From Squalus acanthias (Eukaryota), in the NCBI GenBank assembly GCA_030390025.1, contig CM059426.1, forward strand, positions 27,094,001 to 27,158,000: a stretch of 64,000 nucleotides of DNA. Reading direction: 5' to 3'. The notes below the pieces were generated by a model. It did no database searches and was not told the origin of the DNA. It was given only the letters and a program-made list of their open reading frames with translations. A program made the translations under genes and the position numbers. Shown one piece after another: positions 48,352 to 61,715 of this stretch; within the stretch, counting starts at the first letter, position 1, and each line of letters opens with the position of its first letter.

Positions 48352-51300
48352 AAACATAGAAACATAGAAGATAGGAGCAGGAGTAGGCCATTTGGCCCCT
48401 CGAGCCTGCTCCGCCATTTAATGAGATCATGGCTGATCATCCAAATTCAGTACCCTGTCCCTGCTTTCTCCCCATATCCCTTGATCCCTTTAGCCTTAAG
48501 AAATATATCTAACTCCTTCTTGAATATATTTAATGAATTGGCCTCAACTGCGAATTCCACAGGTTCACCACTCTCTGGGTGAAGAAATTCCTCCTCATCT
48601 CAGTCCTAAATGGCTTACCCCTTTATCCTTAGACTGTGACCCCTGGTTCTGGACTCACCCGCCATCGGGAACATCCTTCCTGTATCTAGTCTGTCTAGTC
48701 CTGTTAGAATTTTATAAGTTTCAATGAGATCCCCTCTCATTCTTCTAAACTCTAGTGAATATAAGCCTAATCGACCCAATCTCTCTTCATACGTCATTCC
48801 TGCCATCCCAGGTATCAGTCTGGTGAATCTTCGCTGCACTCCCATGGCAAGAACATCCTTCCTCAGATAAGGCGACCAAAACTGCACACAATACTCAAGG
48901 TGTGGTTTCACCAAGGCCCTGTACAACTACAGCAAGACATCCTTGCTCCTGTACTCGAATCCTCTCGCTATGAAGGCCAACATACCATTTGCCTTCTTAA
49001 CCGCCTGCTGCACCTGCATGCTGACCTTCTGGTGCACAAGGACACACAGGTCTTGTTGCACTTCCCCTTTTCCCAATCTATTGCCGTTCAGATAATAATC
49101 TGTCTTCCTGTTTTTGCCACCAAAGTGGATAACCTCGCATTTATCCACATTATATTGCATCTGCCAAATCACCCAACCTGTCCAAATCATACTGGAATTT
49201 CTCTGCATCCTCCTCACAGCACACACGCCCACCCAGCTTTGTATCGTCTGCAAACTCAGAGATATTACATCTAGTTCCCTCGTCTAGATCATATATATAT
49301 ATTTATTGTGAATAGCTGGGGTCCTAGCACCGATCCCTGCGGTACCCCACTAGTCACTGTCTGCCACTCGGAAAAAGACCAGTTTATTCCAACTCTTTGC
49401 TTCCTGTCTGCCAACCAGTTCTCTATCCAAGTCAGTACCTTACCCACAATCCCATGTGCTTTAACTTTGCACACTAATCTTTTATGCGGGACCTTATCGA
49501 AAGCCTTCTGAATGTCCAAATACACCACAACCACTGGTTCTCCCTTATCTATTCTACCAGTTACATCCTCAAAAAATTCCAGTCAATTCGTCAAGCATGA
49601 TTTACCTTTTGTAAATCCATGTTGACTTTGTCCGATCCTGTCACTGTTTTCCAAGTGCTCTGCTATTACATCTTTTATAATGGATCCTAGCATTTTCCCC
49701 ACTACCGACGTCAGGCTTACCAGTCTATAATTCCCCGTTTTCTCTCTCCCACCTTTTTTAAATAGTGGGGTTACATTAGCTACCCTCCAATCCATGGGAA
49801 CTGTTCCAGAGTCTATAGAATTTTGGAAGATGACCAGCAATGCATCTACTATTTCTAGGGCCACTTCCTTAAGTACCCTAGGATGCAGATTATCAGGCCC
49901 TGGGGATTTATCGGCCTTCAATCCCATCAATTTCCCTAACAATATTGATTTCATTCAATTCCTCCCTCTCATTAGACCCTATGTTCCCCAACATCTCTGG
50001 GAGGTTATTTGTGTCCTCCTTTGTGAAGACAGAACCAAAGTATGTATTTAATTGGTATGCCATTTCTTTGTTCCCCATTATAAATTCCCCTGATTCTGAC
50101 TGCAAGGGACCTACGCTTGACTTCACCAATCTTTTTCTCTTCACATATCTATAGAAGCTTTTACAGTCAGTTTTTATGTTCCCTGCAAGCTTACTCTCAA
50201 TCTATTTTCCCCCTCTTAATTAATCCCTTTGTCCTCCTTTGCTGAATCCTAAACTGCTCCTAATCCTCAGGTTTGCTGCTTTTTCTGGCCAATTTATATG
50301 TCCTCTCCTTGGATCTTATGCTATCCCTAATTTCCCTCGTTAGCCACGGTTGAGTCACCTTTTTTGTTTTATTTTTATGCCAAACAGGGATGAACAAATT
50401 CTGTCGTTCATCCATGCGATCTTTAAATGTTTGCCATTGCCAATCCACCGTCAACCCTTTAAGTAACGCTCCCCAATCCATCCTAGCCAACTCGCGCCTC
50501 ATACCATCGTAGTTTCCTTCATTTAAATTCAGGACCCTAGTCTCTGAGTCAACTACTTCACTCTCCATCTTAATGAAGAATTCTATCATATTATGATCGC
50601 TCCTCCCCAAGGGGCCTCGCACAACAAGATTGCTAATTAATCCTTTCTCATTACATAATACCCAGTCTAAGATGGCCTGATCTCCAGTTGGTTCCTCGAC
50701 ATATTGGTCCAGGAAACCATCCCGTATACACTCTAGGAATTCCTCCTCCACAGTATTGTTACTAATTTGGTTAGCCCAATCTATATGTAGATTAAAGTCA
50801 CCCATGATAACTGCTGTGCCCTTATTGCACGCGTCTCTAATTTCCCATTTAATGCCATCCCCAACCTCAGCATTACTGTTTGGGGGTCTGTATACAACTC
50901 CCACTAACGTTTTCTGCCCCTTGGTATTTCTCAGCTCTACCCATACAGATTCCACATCATCAGAGCTAATATCCTTCCTTACTATTGTGTTAATCTCCTC
51001 TTTAACCAGCAATGCTACCCCACCTCCTTTTTCTTTTTGCCTGTCCTTCCTGAATATTGAATACCCCTGGATGTTGAATTCCCAGCCTTGGTCACCCTGG
51101 AGCCATGTCTCCGTAATCCCAATTATATCATATCCGTTTACATCTATTTGCGCAGCTAATTCATCCACCTTATTACGAATGCTCCTCGCATTAAGACACA
51201 AAGCCTTCAGGCTTGTTTTTTTTTTTTTTTTAAACACTCTTAGTCCTTTTAGAATTATTATTTACTGCAGCCCTGTTTGATTTACACCCTTGATTTCTCT

Positions 51301-51410
51301 GCCTTCCACTTTTGCTTTTCTCCTTCCTGTCTTTTGTTTCTATCCTTGCTTCCCTTTCCTCATTCTACTTGCACAGGTTCCCAACCCCCTGCCATTTTAG
51401 TTTAAACCCA
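48352..51410 (-). mobile_element. HER1-type CR1 LINE, complete ORF2 span, frameshifted
   Basis: APE ORF 50260-51237 (CLNARSI, ITETWL, MGDFN, SDH); RT fragments 48615-50144; (CATAGAAA)n tail. Confidence 0.93.
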
Positions 51411-52249
51411 GGATCCTTAGATGTTTTTGGGGGGTGGGGGGAATGGAATAGACAAAATACATGAAAATGAATCTGCGCTTAGTCTGCGTTCCACCTGATA
51501 ATGTCCTGCTAGAAGTATACATGGACAGGACTGGACTAAACTACGACAACCCTCAACCTACAGTAAAATAAACCAATAGTCACAGTAATAAAGTATAAAA
51601 TGAGATAGAGGGTCACCGCTGCCTTGCTGTGTACAAAAATGCAATCAGGAAAGTGTGAGTGAGGCAGTGCCTCACGTGCAACAAGCTAAGTATACCATCA
51701 CCACACAATGAAGTGTCAATTTATAATGAAGGTGACATTGTGAACCAGTTTTTCCCAAAGCTATGTTGATTTCAAGTGCTCAACTTGATCCTTACAGGAG
51801 TACTACAACCTGTAGAATACATAAACAATAAGAATTTATTCTTAGAAAATCCAGAAGAATTTTTTGTCACTAAACAACATCATCACCTCTTTCCTGAAGG
51901 TTGCATTTTTTTTCCATTTATGGTGTAATCTTTACTATACATCAAACCTCAATATAGCAAAGTAATTTTGGCTTGGTCTCACTAACCTAGGCTCTAGTCC
52001 CATCCTCCTGCACTCAAGCATCCTGTATTTGCTGAAGGTACAGTAACTGTATTCTTAAATTTGGTCTTCCATCAATGCCGTGTTAGCCTTTTACTCGGAC
52101 TAGGGCAGTCTGCAGTCTCTCTTCTCTAACTCCCCAAGAGCAATCACAAACAAATTTAGCATATCTGAACTAAAATAATCTCCAAATGTGTTGTTAATCT
52201 AGTATTTCCATGTTCAGTGAACAGCACTCAGAGCCTAAGTTCCTCTACC

Positions 52250-54205
52250 TCCTTGTCGCCCCTGCCCTGCCTTACTCCCACTCCAGCTCTTGTCTACCCC
52301 AGCGGGAATATGGTATTGAGATAGAGGATCAGCCATGATCATATTCAATGGCAGAGTAGGCTCGAATGGCCTACTCCTGCTCCTATGTTTCTATACACCT
52401 CTTCCCTCTCCAACTCTCAACCATGTCCCACTGAGTGCCCTACCTCATTCTCTTTCCAATTCCCATCAAACTCCTTTCCTGCTGGTATCAACTTGGCTCA
52501 GTTGGTAGTACTCTCACTCCCAAGTCAGAAGACTAGGAGTTCAAACTGCCTCCAGCGCAGAATCTATGCTGACACTACAGAGCTGTACTGAGGGAGTGCT
52601 TAATTGTCAGAGGTGGCATCTTTTGGAAGAGATCTTAAACCAGCACCTGCTGTTTAAAAAAAAATCCCATGGCACACTAATTGAAATACAGCACAAAGAC
52701 CAAAGCACTCATGGTCAACATTCCTCCCTCAACTAACATGAAAAACATTAATTGGCCCTTTATCTCATTTGCTGTTTGTGGGTGCTGGCTGTGCGCAAAT
52801 TGCCGACACATTTGTCTACAGGGACTAAACATCAAACAGTGACTCACTGCACATGGAGTAATCCTAAGGATATGATAATGCAGTATATAAATGAAAGTTC
52901 TTTATACCTCCTTTTGCTCCAACCTGACCTCCTATACTGTGCCTACCACAGCACATGCTGCTAGCTCTCCACCAGCAGCTTCAACACCCCCTTTCCGAGC
53001 ACATAACCCTTTCTCCTTTGCATCAATTTTGCCACCCTCCTCCCCATATGTCCCAACACCACCTCTAAAGCGAGGTCCTGGCTACCCATCTCCTTTATGC
53101 TGCCTGCAATATTTATGCTCTCTCGCACAAACAAGCCCCTTTCTATTTTCAATCTCATACTGCAGGGCAGTGTACATTCGGTGCTTAACCAAAACCTGGC
53201 TTTACGCATTATCGACACCATGCTGCTCAGCTACACATTCCACCACCTCCCCTGCCTAAATTGGGCGCTCGTTTCTAGGACTCATCTTGGCTCATCAACA
53301 GAATCAACAGCACCTTCTCATTTAAACACCTCACATTCCAATACCATTCCCACCTTTAAGATTGCAGGATCCCCAAACACATGCCCTGTAGGTACAAATT
53401 CTTCCCCATCTCATCTCTAACCTCATTTCCATCATGAATCCCATGCATACTCCTTTGGATTCGTGACCACCTTCTTCCCATTTCTTGGCCTCATTCTTAC
53501 TGCCATTGCATTGTCCACTTCTCCCTTTCTTCAGCATTGTTCCTATTCATTTTAAAACCACAACTACACCTTCCTTCAAAGCCCATCCCCAACCCCACTG
53601 ACCACACACACACCATTGTCCTTGGTGTAATCCACACCTTCTCTCCAAAGTCCTCGAATGCACCGTTTCCACTCAACTACATGCTCACTCTCCCACCATT
53701 CCACTTGGGTCCTTCTAATCCAGTTTCCGACCAACAGCACTGGGACTGCCCTGTTCAAAGTGTCCAGCCTGCAGTCCCTCCTGCACCTCTACCTCTTATC
53801 AAATGATCTCCTCAGTGGCCTTCCTGCTTCTAACCTTCATAAACTTCAGATAATCAAGAACTCTCCATCCAGAGTCCTCTCCCACATACCAACCTGGTCC
53901 ATATAGGCTCCACTGGCATCTTGCAAATCAACTTCAAACTCCTTATTTTCAAATCCCCTATGGCCTTTTTCTACATTATTTTGGAAATCTTCAACCATAA
54001 CATCTATGCCCAAACTCTCCATTCCTGTGACTGACTTACCACTTGTCCTCTGCCCCAACATCTGCAGCCAATTCTGCAGCCATTATCCTCCTGAGCCACT
54101 CTGCCTTGCCACCTTGTCTCCTTCCTCTCCCACAAACTCAATTTCATGCTCAGTGACACCTCTCAGATGTTTTACAGGAGAGCTACAAATGCAAGTTGTA
54201 TTCAT
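52250..54205 (+). mobile_element. Highly degenerate L2 region with nested CR1 tail (~52300-52395) and DeuSINE (~52485-52900)
   Basis: C/T-rich L2-like strand, LLSGLPASNLHKLQIIKNS, tail caaatgcaagttgt; SINE head ttggctcagttggtag. Confidence 0.6.
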
Positions 54206-54499
54206 TCCCAATCAGCACAGATCAAAGAGTTGGGTCAGTTTTTTTGCTGTGCCACTGGATTTGCACTGAGCTTATCTATAGTTTGGTTGGCCCAGTGAAG
54301 TAGAAAACATCTCTCAGCACTGCTCCATCATGGTTGGATTTTAAGATTTAGGTGTCAAGAGCAATAACAAAGTATTCAAAAGCAGAATTCAAGGTGCATA
54401 ATATAGGCAAATGGTTTACTTTCAAATACATGAGCTGTAAAATTTGTTTGTTTTACTGATCAGTTTCCTTCAACTATAAACAAGAGTTTATCTTGTCTA

Positions 54500-54718
<219 letters not shown>

Positions 54719-55019
54719 TTAGGGGGGAAAAACTACGAATTGTAAAGAGAGCATTTAGATCAGTTAAGAAAATGAACTCAGAAATGGCATATGGACTTTA
54801 ATCTAATAAATAATAGCAGTGCACAGTGGAACAAGAAACAAAGCATGTGTGCAACAAAGGAGGGAGCCTATTTTGTAGTGTTTTGTCCATTAGAAACAGA
54901 GAGAAAGGTTTTGGTGTCATTATTGGATTATGTATAAAAGTTTGCACTATGTGAACTGGCGTTTTAATTACATACTAACATGCATCACGGGGACAGCTTC
55001 AATATTCTATGCCTGCGTA

Positions 55020-55442
55020 ATCAGAAGTGGCTCAGTGGTAGCACGCTCACCTCTGAGTCACAAGGTTGTGGATTCAAGTCCCAATCCAGGGAGTTGAGCA
55101 CAAAATCTAGGCTGACTCTCCAGTGCAGTACTGAGGGAGCACTGTGCTGTTGGAGGTGCCGCCTTTCGGGTGAGACGTTAAACCGAGGCCCCCTCTGCCC
55201 TCTCAGGTGGACGTTAAAGATCCCATAGCACTATTTTGAAGAAGAGCAGGGGAGTTCTCCCCAGTGTCCTAGCCAATATTTATCCTCAACCAACATGATC
55301 TGGTCCTCATCACATTGTTGTTTGTGGGATCTTGCTGTGCACAAGTTGGCCGCCACATTTCTTACATTACTGTAAAGCGCTTTGGGACGTCCGGAGGTCA
55401 AGAAAGGAGCTATATAAATGCAAGTTATTTCTTTCTTTCTTT
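55020..55442 (+). mobile_element. DeuSINE (SacSINE1-like)
   Basis: gtggctcagtggtagc head, gattcaagtccc B box, Deu core, tail tatataaatgcaag...ctttctttc. Confidence 0.88.
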
Positions 55443-55947
55443 AACCATGTATGCCCAGTTGCTGACCCAAAAGATCATTGATGCATTGTTTAAGAGAAAA
55501 GTTAAGAGTAAAAGAGAGTGGAGGCAGGGAGCGAGGAAGTCAGAAAAGGAAAGAAGGGAGGAGAGTGGGCAGTATGCTTGGTTGGTTTAATGCTACTCAT
55601 TGAGGATGAATGTGCGCTAACCCCCTGCTTGGGGGTGAGGGGGGGAAAAAGACAATCATGCTCAGTGAAGAAGGTTGCCAATGTTGTCACCTTTTGCTTT
55701 ACAACGAAATAACAGCATCAGCTTTCTCCTGTTATTGTTTTTATGGTTCAGAGTTACTGTTCTTCTCTTTCTTGGAAGAGGTTTCTATTGTTCATCTGTT
55801 CTTTAGGATTTTTTAGTTTTTGGTTCAGTTTTGGTCTTTTAATGTGAGCTGAATTTTCCAGAACACAGCAGGCCCATTATGTAAAGTTAGGTAAACATAA
55901 TATAGACACACACACATACATATCTATCACACACACATACACATTCA

Positions 55948-56190
<243 letters not shown>

Positions 56191-56669
56191 TTATGTTGAG
56201 ATAAATTCAGAATCATATATTGCCACTTCTAGGACTCGAGTTCACATACATCAACCAACCATGGAACTCTAAACTTTGTTCATGAATGTGTTTTGAGAGC
56301 TAATTTTTAGACCATTATTTCCTTGTCTAAACAGTACTGAAGCAAGTTCACTAATCTAATAATTAGAATACACACGATTAAGGATTCAATAATGGCAAGT
56401 AAATAGTTAACACTGTAATCAGATGAGTATGATGCCATTTACATTTATGTAGAACCTTATTAAGTCTCTCAAGCACTTCAAATACACTGAATTATTTGAA
56501 AGTACAGTCGCCGTTATGTACGCAAATGGGACAACCATTATTGTACTTCTGTGCGTACACAGTACAAATACCAATAAATTGAATAACTGTTTAAATTATC
56601 TTGGTGGTGCTGGCTGAAGGAAGAATTTTGACCAGGACCCCAGAAAAACTCAGTGCTCTTTGAATTAGA

Positions 56670-57988
56670 ACATAACATAAGAAATAGGAGCAGGAATAGG
56701 CCACTTGGCCCCTCGAGCCTGCTCCGCCATTCAATAAGATCATGGCTGATCTTGGGCTCAAAGCCACTTCCCAGCCCGCTCCCCATAACCCTTCACTCCC
56801 TTATCTTGCAAAAATGTGTCTATCTCCACTTTAAATGTATTCAATGACCCAGCCTCCGCAGCTCTCTGGGGCAGAGAATTCCACAAATTTATGACCCTCA
56901 GAGAAGAAGGTTCCTCATCTCAGTTCTAAAAGGACGACCCTTTATTCTGAGACTGTGCCCCCAAGTTCGAGATTTCCCCATGAGGGGAAACATCCTCTAT
57001 GCATCTACCCTGTCGAGCCCCCTCAGTATCTTATATGTTTCGATAAGATCACCTCTCATTCTTCTAAATTCCAACGAGTATAGGCCCAGCCTACTCAACC
57101 TTTCCTCATAAGTCAAACCCCTCATCTCTGGAATTAACCTAGTGAATCGTCTCTGAACTGCCTCCAATGCAAGTATATCCTTCCTTAAATAAGGAGACCA
57201 AAACTGTACGCAGTACTCAAGGTGTGGTCTCACCAATTCCTTGTACAGTTGTAGCAGGACTTCCCTGCTTTTATACTCCAACCCCCTTGCAATAAAGGCC
57301 AACATTCCATTTGCCTTTTTGATTACTTGCTGTATCTGCATGCTAACTTTTTGTGTTTCATGCACAAGGACCCCCCAGGTCCCTCTGAACTGTAGCATTT
57401 TGTAATCTCTCTCCATTTAAATAATAATTTGCTTTTTTATTTTTCCTGCCAAAGTGGATAACCTCGCATTTTCCCACATTATACTCCAGCTGCCAAATGT
57501 TTGTCCACTCACTTAGCCTGTCTATATCCCTTTGCAGGTTCTTTGAGTCCTCTGCACAACTTGCTTCCCACCCATCTTTGTATCATCCGCAAACTTGGCT
57601 ACATTACACTCAGTCCCTTCATCCAAGTCATTAATGTAGATTGTAAATAGTTGGGGCCCCAGCACCGATCCTTGTGGCACCCCACTAGTTACCGTTTGCC
57701 AACCAGAAAATTACCCATTTATCCCGACTCTCTGCTTTCTGTTAGTTAGCCAATTCTCTATCCATACTAATATATTACCCCCAACTCCGTGAGCTCTTAT
57801 CTTATGCAGTAACCTTTTATGTGGCACCTTATCGAATGCCTTCTGGAAATCCAAATACACCACATCCACTGGCTCACCCTTGTCCACCCTGCTTGTTACA
57901 TCCTCAAAGAACTCCAGCAAATTTGTTAAACATGATTTCCCTTTCCTAAAACCATGTTGACTCTGTTTGACTGCAGTATGTTTTTCTA
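56670..57988 (-). mobile_element. CR1 LINE RT and 3' end inserted into a minus-strand DeuSINE (~56435-56669 + ~57990-58190)
   Basis: ORFs 56997-57416 and 57711-58037; (CATAA)n tail. Confidence 0.88.
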
Positions 57989-58299
57989 AAATTCTACCAT
58001 GAAATTTAACTTCTTTTGAACCATGTGGAACAGTCAAATTAACGCCTCACCCGAAAAACAGCACCATTGACAATGCAGCACTCCCTCAATACTGTAGCCG
58101 AGTATCAGCCTATTATTAGCTCAAGTTCTGTCGCAGGGCCTGACAACCTTTTGAATTAACGGTTAAGAGCACTACCAACTGTACCAAGTTGAATGATAAA
58201 TAAATGTGCAAGTAAATCAGCAGGTAGTTCAGATATAGTGTACTCCAGTTACAGTGGATGGGGTTTGTACAGATAATCAAATAGGCTGGACCAAATACA

Positions 58300-58722
58300 T
58301 TAAATGCAACTCCAGATGTGGTCTCACCAATGCCCTGTATAACCGAAGCATAACCTCCATACTTTTGTATTCAATTCCCCTCGCAATAAACAATAACATT
58401 CTATTAGCTTTCCTAATTACTTGCTGTACCTGCATACTATCCTTTTGCGATTCATGCACTAGGACACCCAGATCCCTCTGCAATCTCTCACCATTTAGAT
58501 AATATGCTTCTTGTTTATTATTCCTGCCAAAATGGACAATTTCACATTTTCCCACATTATACTCCATTTGCCAGATCTTTGCGCACTCACTTAACCTATC
58601 TATATCCCTTTGTAGCCTCATGTCCTCTTCACAATTTACTTTCCTACCTATCTTTGTGTCACCAGCAAATTTAGCAACCATACCTTTGGTTCCTTCATCC
58701 AAGTCATTTATATAAATTGTAA
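58300..58722 (-). mobile_element. CR1 RT fragment
   Basis: AKFAGDTKIG...WQMEYNVGKC...LYRALVRPHLE. Confidence 0.85.
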
Positions 58723-60254
58723 AATTTCTCTGTCGTCTGTCAAAAGGACTTTAATACTCATTACCGATAATAGGCTTTGTACAACATGAAACTTCTAACT
58801 GTCCAGCACATCATCCACTCAGTTTGCCCACTTTAGGTCATAGGAGCTGAAGACAGCTTGCCATAATAGTGGGTAATTTAGATATTCTCAGTACCAATCA
58901 CCTTGTGTCTGCCCATCGTCCAATTCTTCAGTGATTTGATGTCTGCTCACCTTTTAAATAGGGGGTTAACTATTCTATGGAGGAATGTATCTTAAAAGAT
59001 CACTTGAGAACATCCACCAGATCACTGATTAAGGAAAACTGAGTGGGACTAAACACTGTCCCAGATGGACTGCTGTGGTGATATGGTTATGTATTAATCA
59101 TGAAGAACATGATTGCTCCTGAAGAAGTCATATGCAGTTGAACAGCTCAGCAGATGTCATAATTGACTAGCTTCTTAATAAGGCTGGGATGTTTAGAAAT
59201 ATTAAAAGGCTCAAACATTGTACTGGGCACTAATAGAATCAATCATTCATATTTTTGACCATGAAATTGAGATCATAAATCAACAAATTTGCTTTGAAAC
59301 TAATCTAGTGACAGATAGCTTTTAGACAAAGTAGTGATTTAATAACTTCACCTGATTCACGGTGGTATGGGTCCCATCGCCATCCCATTCAAGGTACAGT
59401 GAAAAATGAACTAGTTCCTTCTTTCTTTCTTAACAGGGTCTCCTCACATTAGGATTTTATATGAAAACAGACCTCTCTGTCTTTCCGGTTGCTTGGTTCT
59501 CCCCGACTAACAGGAAACCTGCTTTTCTTCTAGGTAAAAACTCAACCTCGCATTTCACTGCACACAGGGTGTCAATACCAGCGTAGTCTTCAGATGAAGG
59601 AGGTCAGAGGTTGGAGAAAATTAGACCTGGGCACCTAGACATAATTCAGTCCCGATGTTAAAATCATACATTCTGCCCTTGTTTGTGTAATTCCATTTTA
59701 AATTTCTATGTCCACATTTATAATGAAAACTGCCTATGTTAACTTGTTATGGTGTAATCACACCCACTCCTCTCTTCCCCCCTGCCCACCCCCCACCCAG
59801 CCCCATCAGTCATGGGATAGGTGGGAGTTGGAAACAAAGGGTGTAATTACAGTTTGACGGAGACCGTTTCCATTAAAATGTGGACACAGGAATTTATAAT
59901 GGAAGAAGTTGGCAGGAACTGCATGCAGACTAAGTTTTTTAAGGATAATTGATTAAAATATCTGATTGGTACTGCGTCACTTGAGTGAATTTTTATTACA
60001 CGTTGGCATTGGATGGTAGGGTTTTTAATTTTGTATTAATACATTTCAGAGAGAGTTTGAAGAAAAGCAATATGCAAGCATTTGAAATAGAGTGTGAAGA
60101 ATTGATTAAATACCATAGCTTGAAGAGAATAAACAACTTATTAGATTTCTGGTGGTGTTACTAGATAAATCATTTCCATGTTGATTGTGTGAACATTTAT
60201 CTAATAGTGATCATATGATGAATGAGTTCAACGTAGTGTTTGAAAGGGAGAAAC

Positions 60255-60890
60255 ACGAAACAGCTAAAGTTCTAGAATTGGGTAAGGCTGACTTCAGCAG
60301 GATGAAATAGAGACTGTCCACAGTAAACTGGGCAAATCTGGTAATGGGTAAATCGACAGAAGATTAATGGGAGATGTTCAAAAAAGAATTTAACGTGACA
60401 CAGAACCAGTTTATACCCCCAAGGGGCAAGAGCTCTACTTGCCAAAAAAAAAAAGCGATGGACAACCAAAGAGGTATAGGACAACAAAAAACTGGAAGAA
60501 AAAGCATACAAAAATGAAAAAAATAGCACAGATCCTGGCGACTGGGAGAGACACAAAGAACATAAGGTGACAAAACAGTAAGAGCTACAAAAAGGGAGCA
60601 TGAAAAGAAACTTGCAAGGGATATCAAAATCAACAATTTATTTTACAATTATATTAGGAAAGAGAGGGTGGTCAGGAGCAATGTGGGCCCCTTGAAAACG
60701 GATAACGATATTATAAATGAAAATAAGGAAATGGTGGACATGTCGAATAATTACTTTACATCAGTATTTACAGTAGAGGAAGAGGATAGCATGCCGGACA
60801 TCCCAAGGAAACTAATATTGAATCAGGGACAGGGACTCACAAAGTAACGCAATCAAAATAACGGGAATGAAGAAAATAATGGCACGAAAG
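60255..60890 (+). mobile_element. CR1 ORF2 linker fragment
   Basis: aattgggtaaggctgacttc, aatgtgggccccttg and aataattactttacatcagtatttac remnants. Confidence 0.7.
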
Positions 60891-60897
60891 AGACATA

Positions 60898-61715
60898 GGC
60901 CGGAATTTTGCCAGCGGGCAGGGGGTGGGTTTGGAGGCGAGACATCCGGCAAAATCGCAAAGATTGACAGCGGGTCGGAAACTTGCTGTCAAGCCGCCTC
61001 CAAACAATCTTCCCAGGTGTCGGGTCCTCGATTTGCGCATGGACCCAACACTTAGCGGCGGGAAGAGGATTATAGGCACTTAACTGCTTGTTAACAGGTT
61101 GTTAACAGGCAGTTAAGAGGCTTTTTGCAATTTTGACAGGTCTATTGCGGGCTTCCTGACGTCCGGACACCACGCCAGGCAAGTGTGGCGTGCTTTGGGT
61201 CTACATTAATGTTTGTGCATTGATGACAGCTGCAGAAGTGGTGTGAAGGATCCAATGGTACTCTGGCGAGTTTCAGAGGTAAGAAAATGTTGTGAAAACC
61301 ATTTTTAATGCATTTAGACTTTTCTGTAGGTGACAAGTTTTGGATTGTGTGTGTAGTCCCACCTCATTGGGAGAAACTCTCTCACCAGTGGCAGATCACT
61401 TCTGTAACCTCACCTGCAGCTGCCATTTGTTCTAGCCTAAGGAGGGAGTCACTGGAGAGCCTGGGTGCAAGAGCTCACCTTTGTACAGTGATTGTCAGTG
61501 CTTGCAGCACCTCAATGCTGTCAAACACTGAAAAATCAGCTGTCAAAAAAAATTGTGCGTGGCCCCTTTAAGAAAACCTGCAGATGACGCGTCATCAACT
61601 GACATCATCTGACACTGGCTTTCTCTTAATTGGTCAGCAAGACCACAGGGCAGGATTGGAACCCAGAAGGCAGCTGTCCCGCCCCCAAGCCGCAACAAGA
61701 GGGAAAATAGCGGCC
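60898..61715. mobile_element. PIF/Harbinger-type non-autonomous DNA transposon
   Basis: TIRs GGCCGGAATTTTGCC / GGGAAAATAGCGGCC; 3-bp TSD ATA at 60895-60897 and 61716-61718. Confidence 0.75.
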
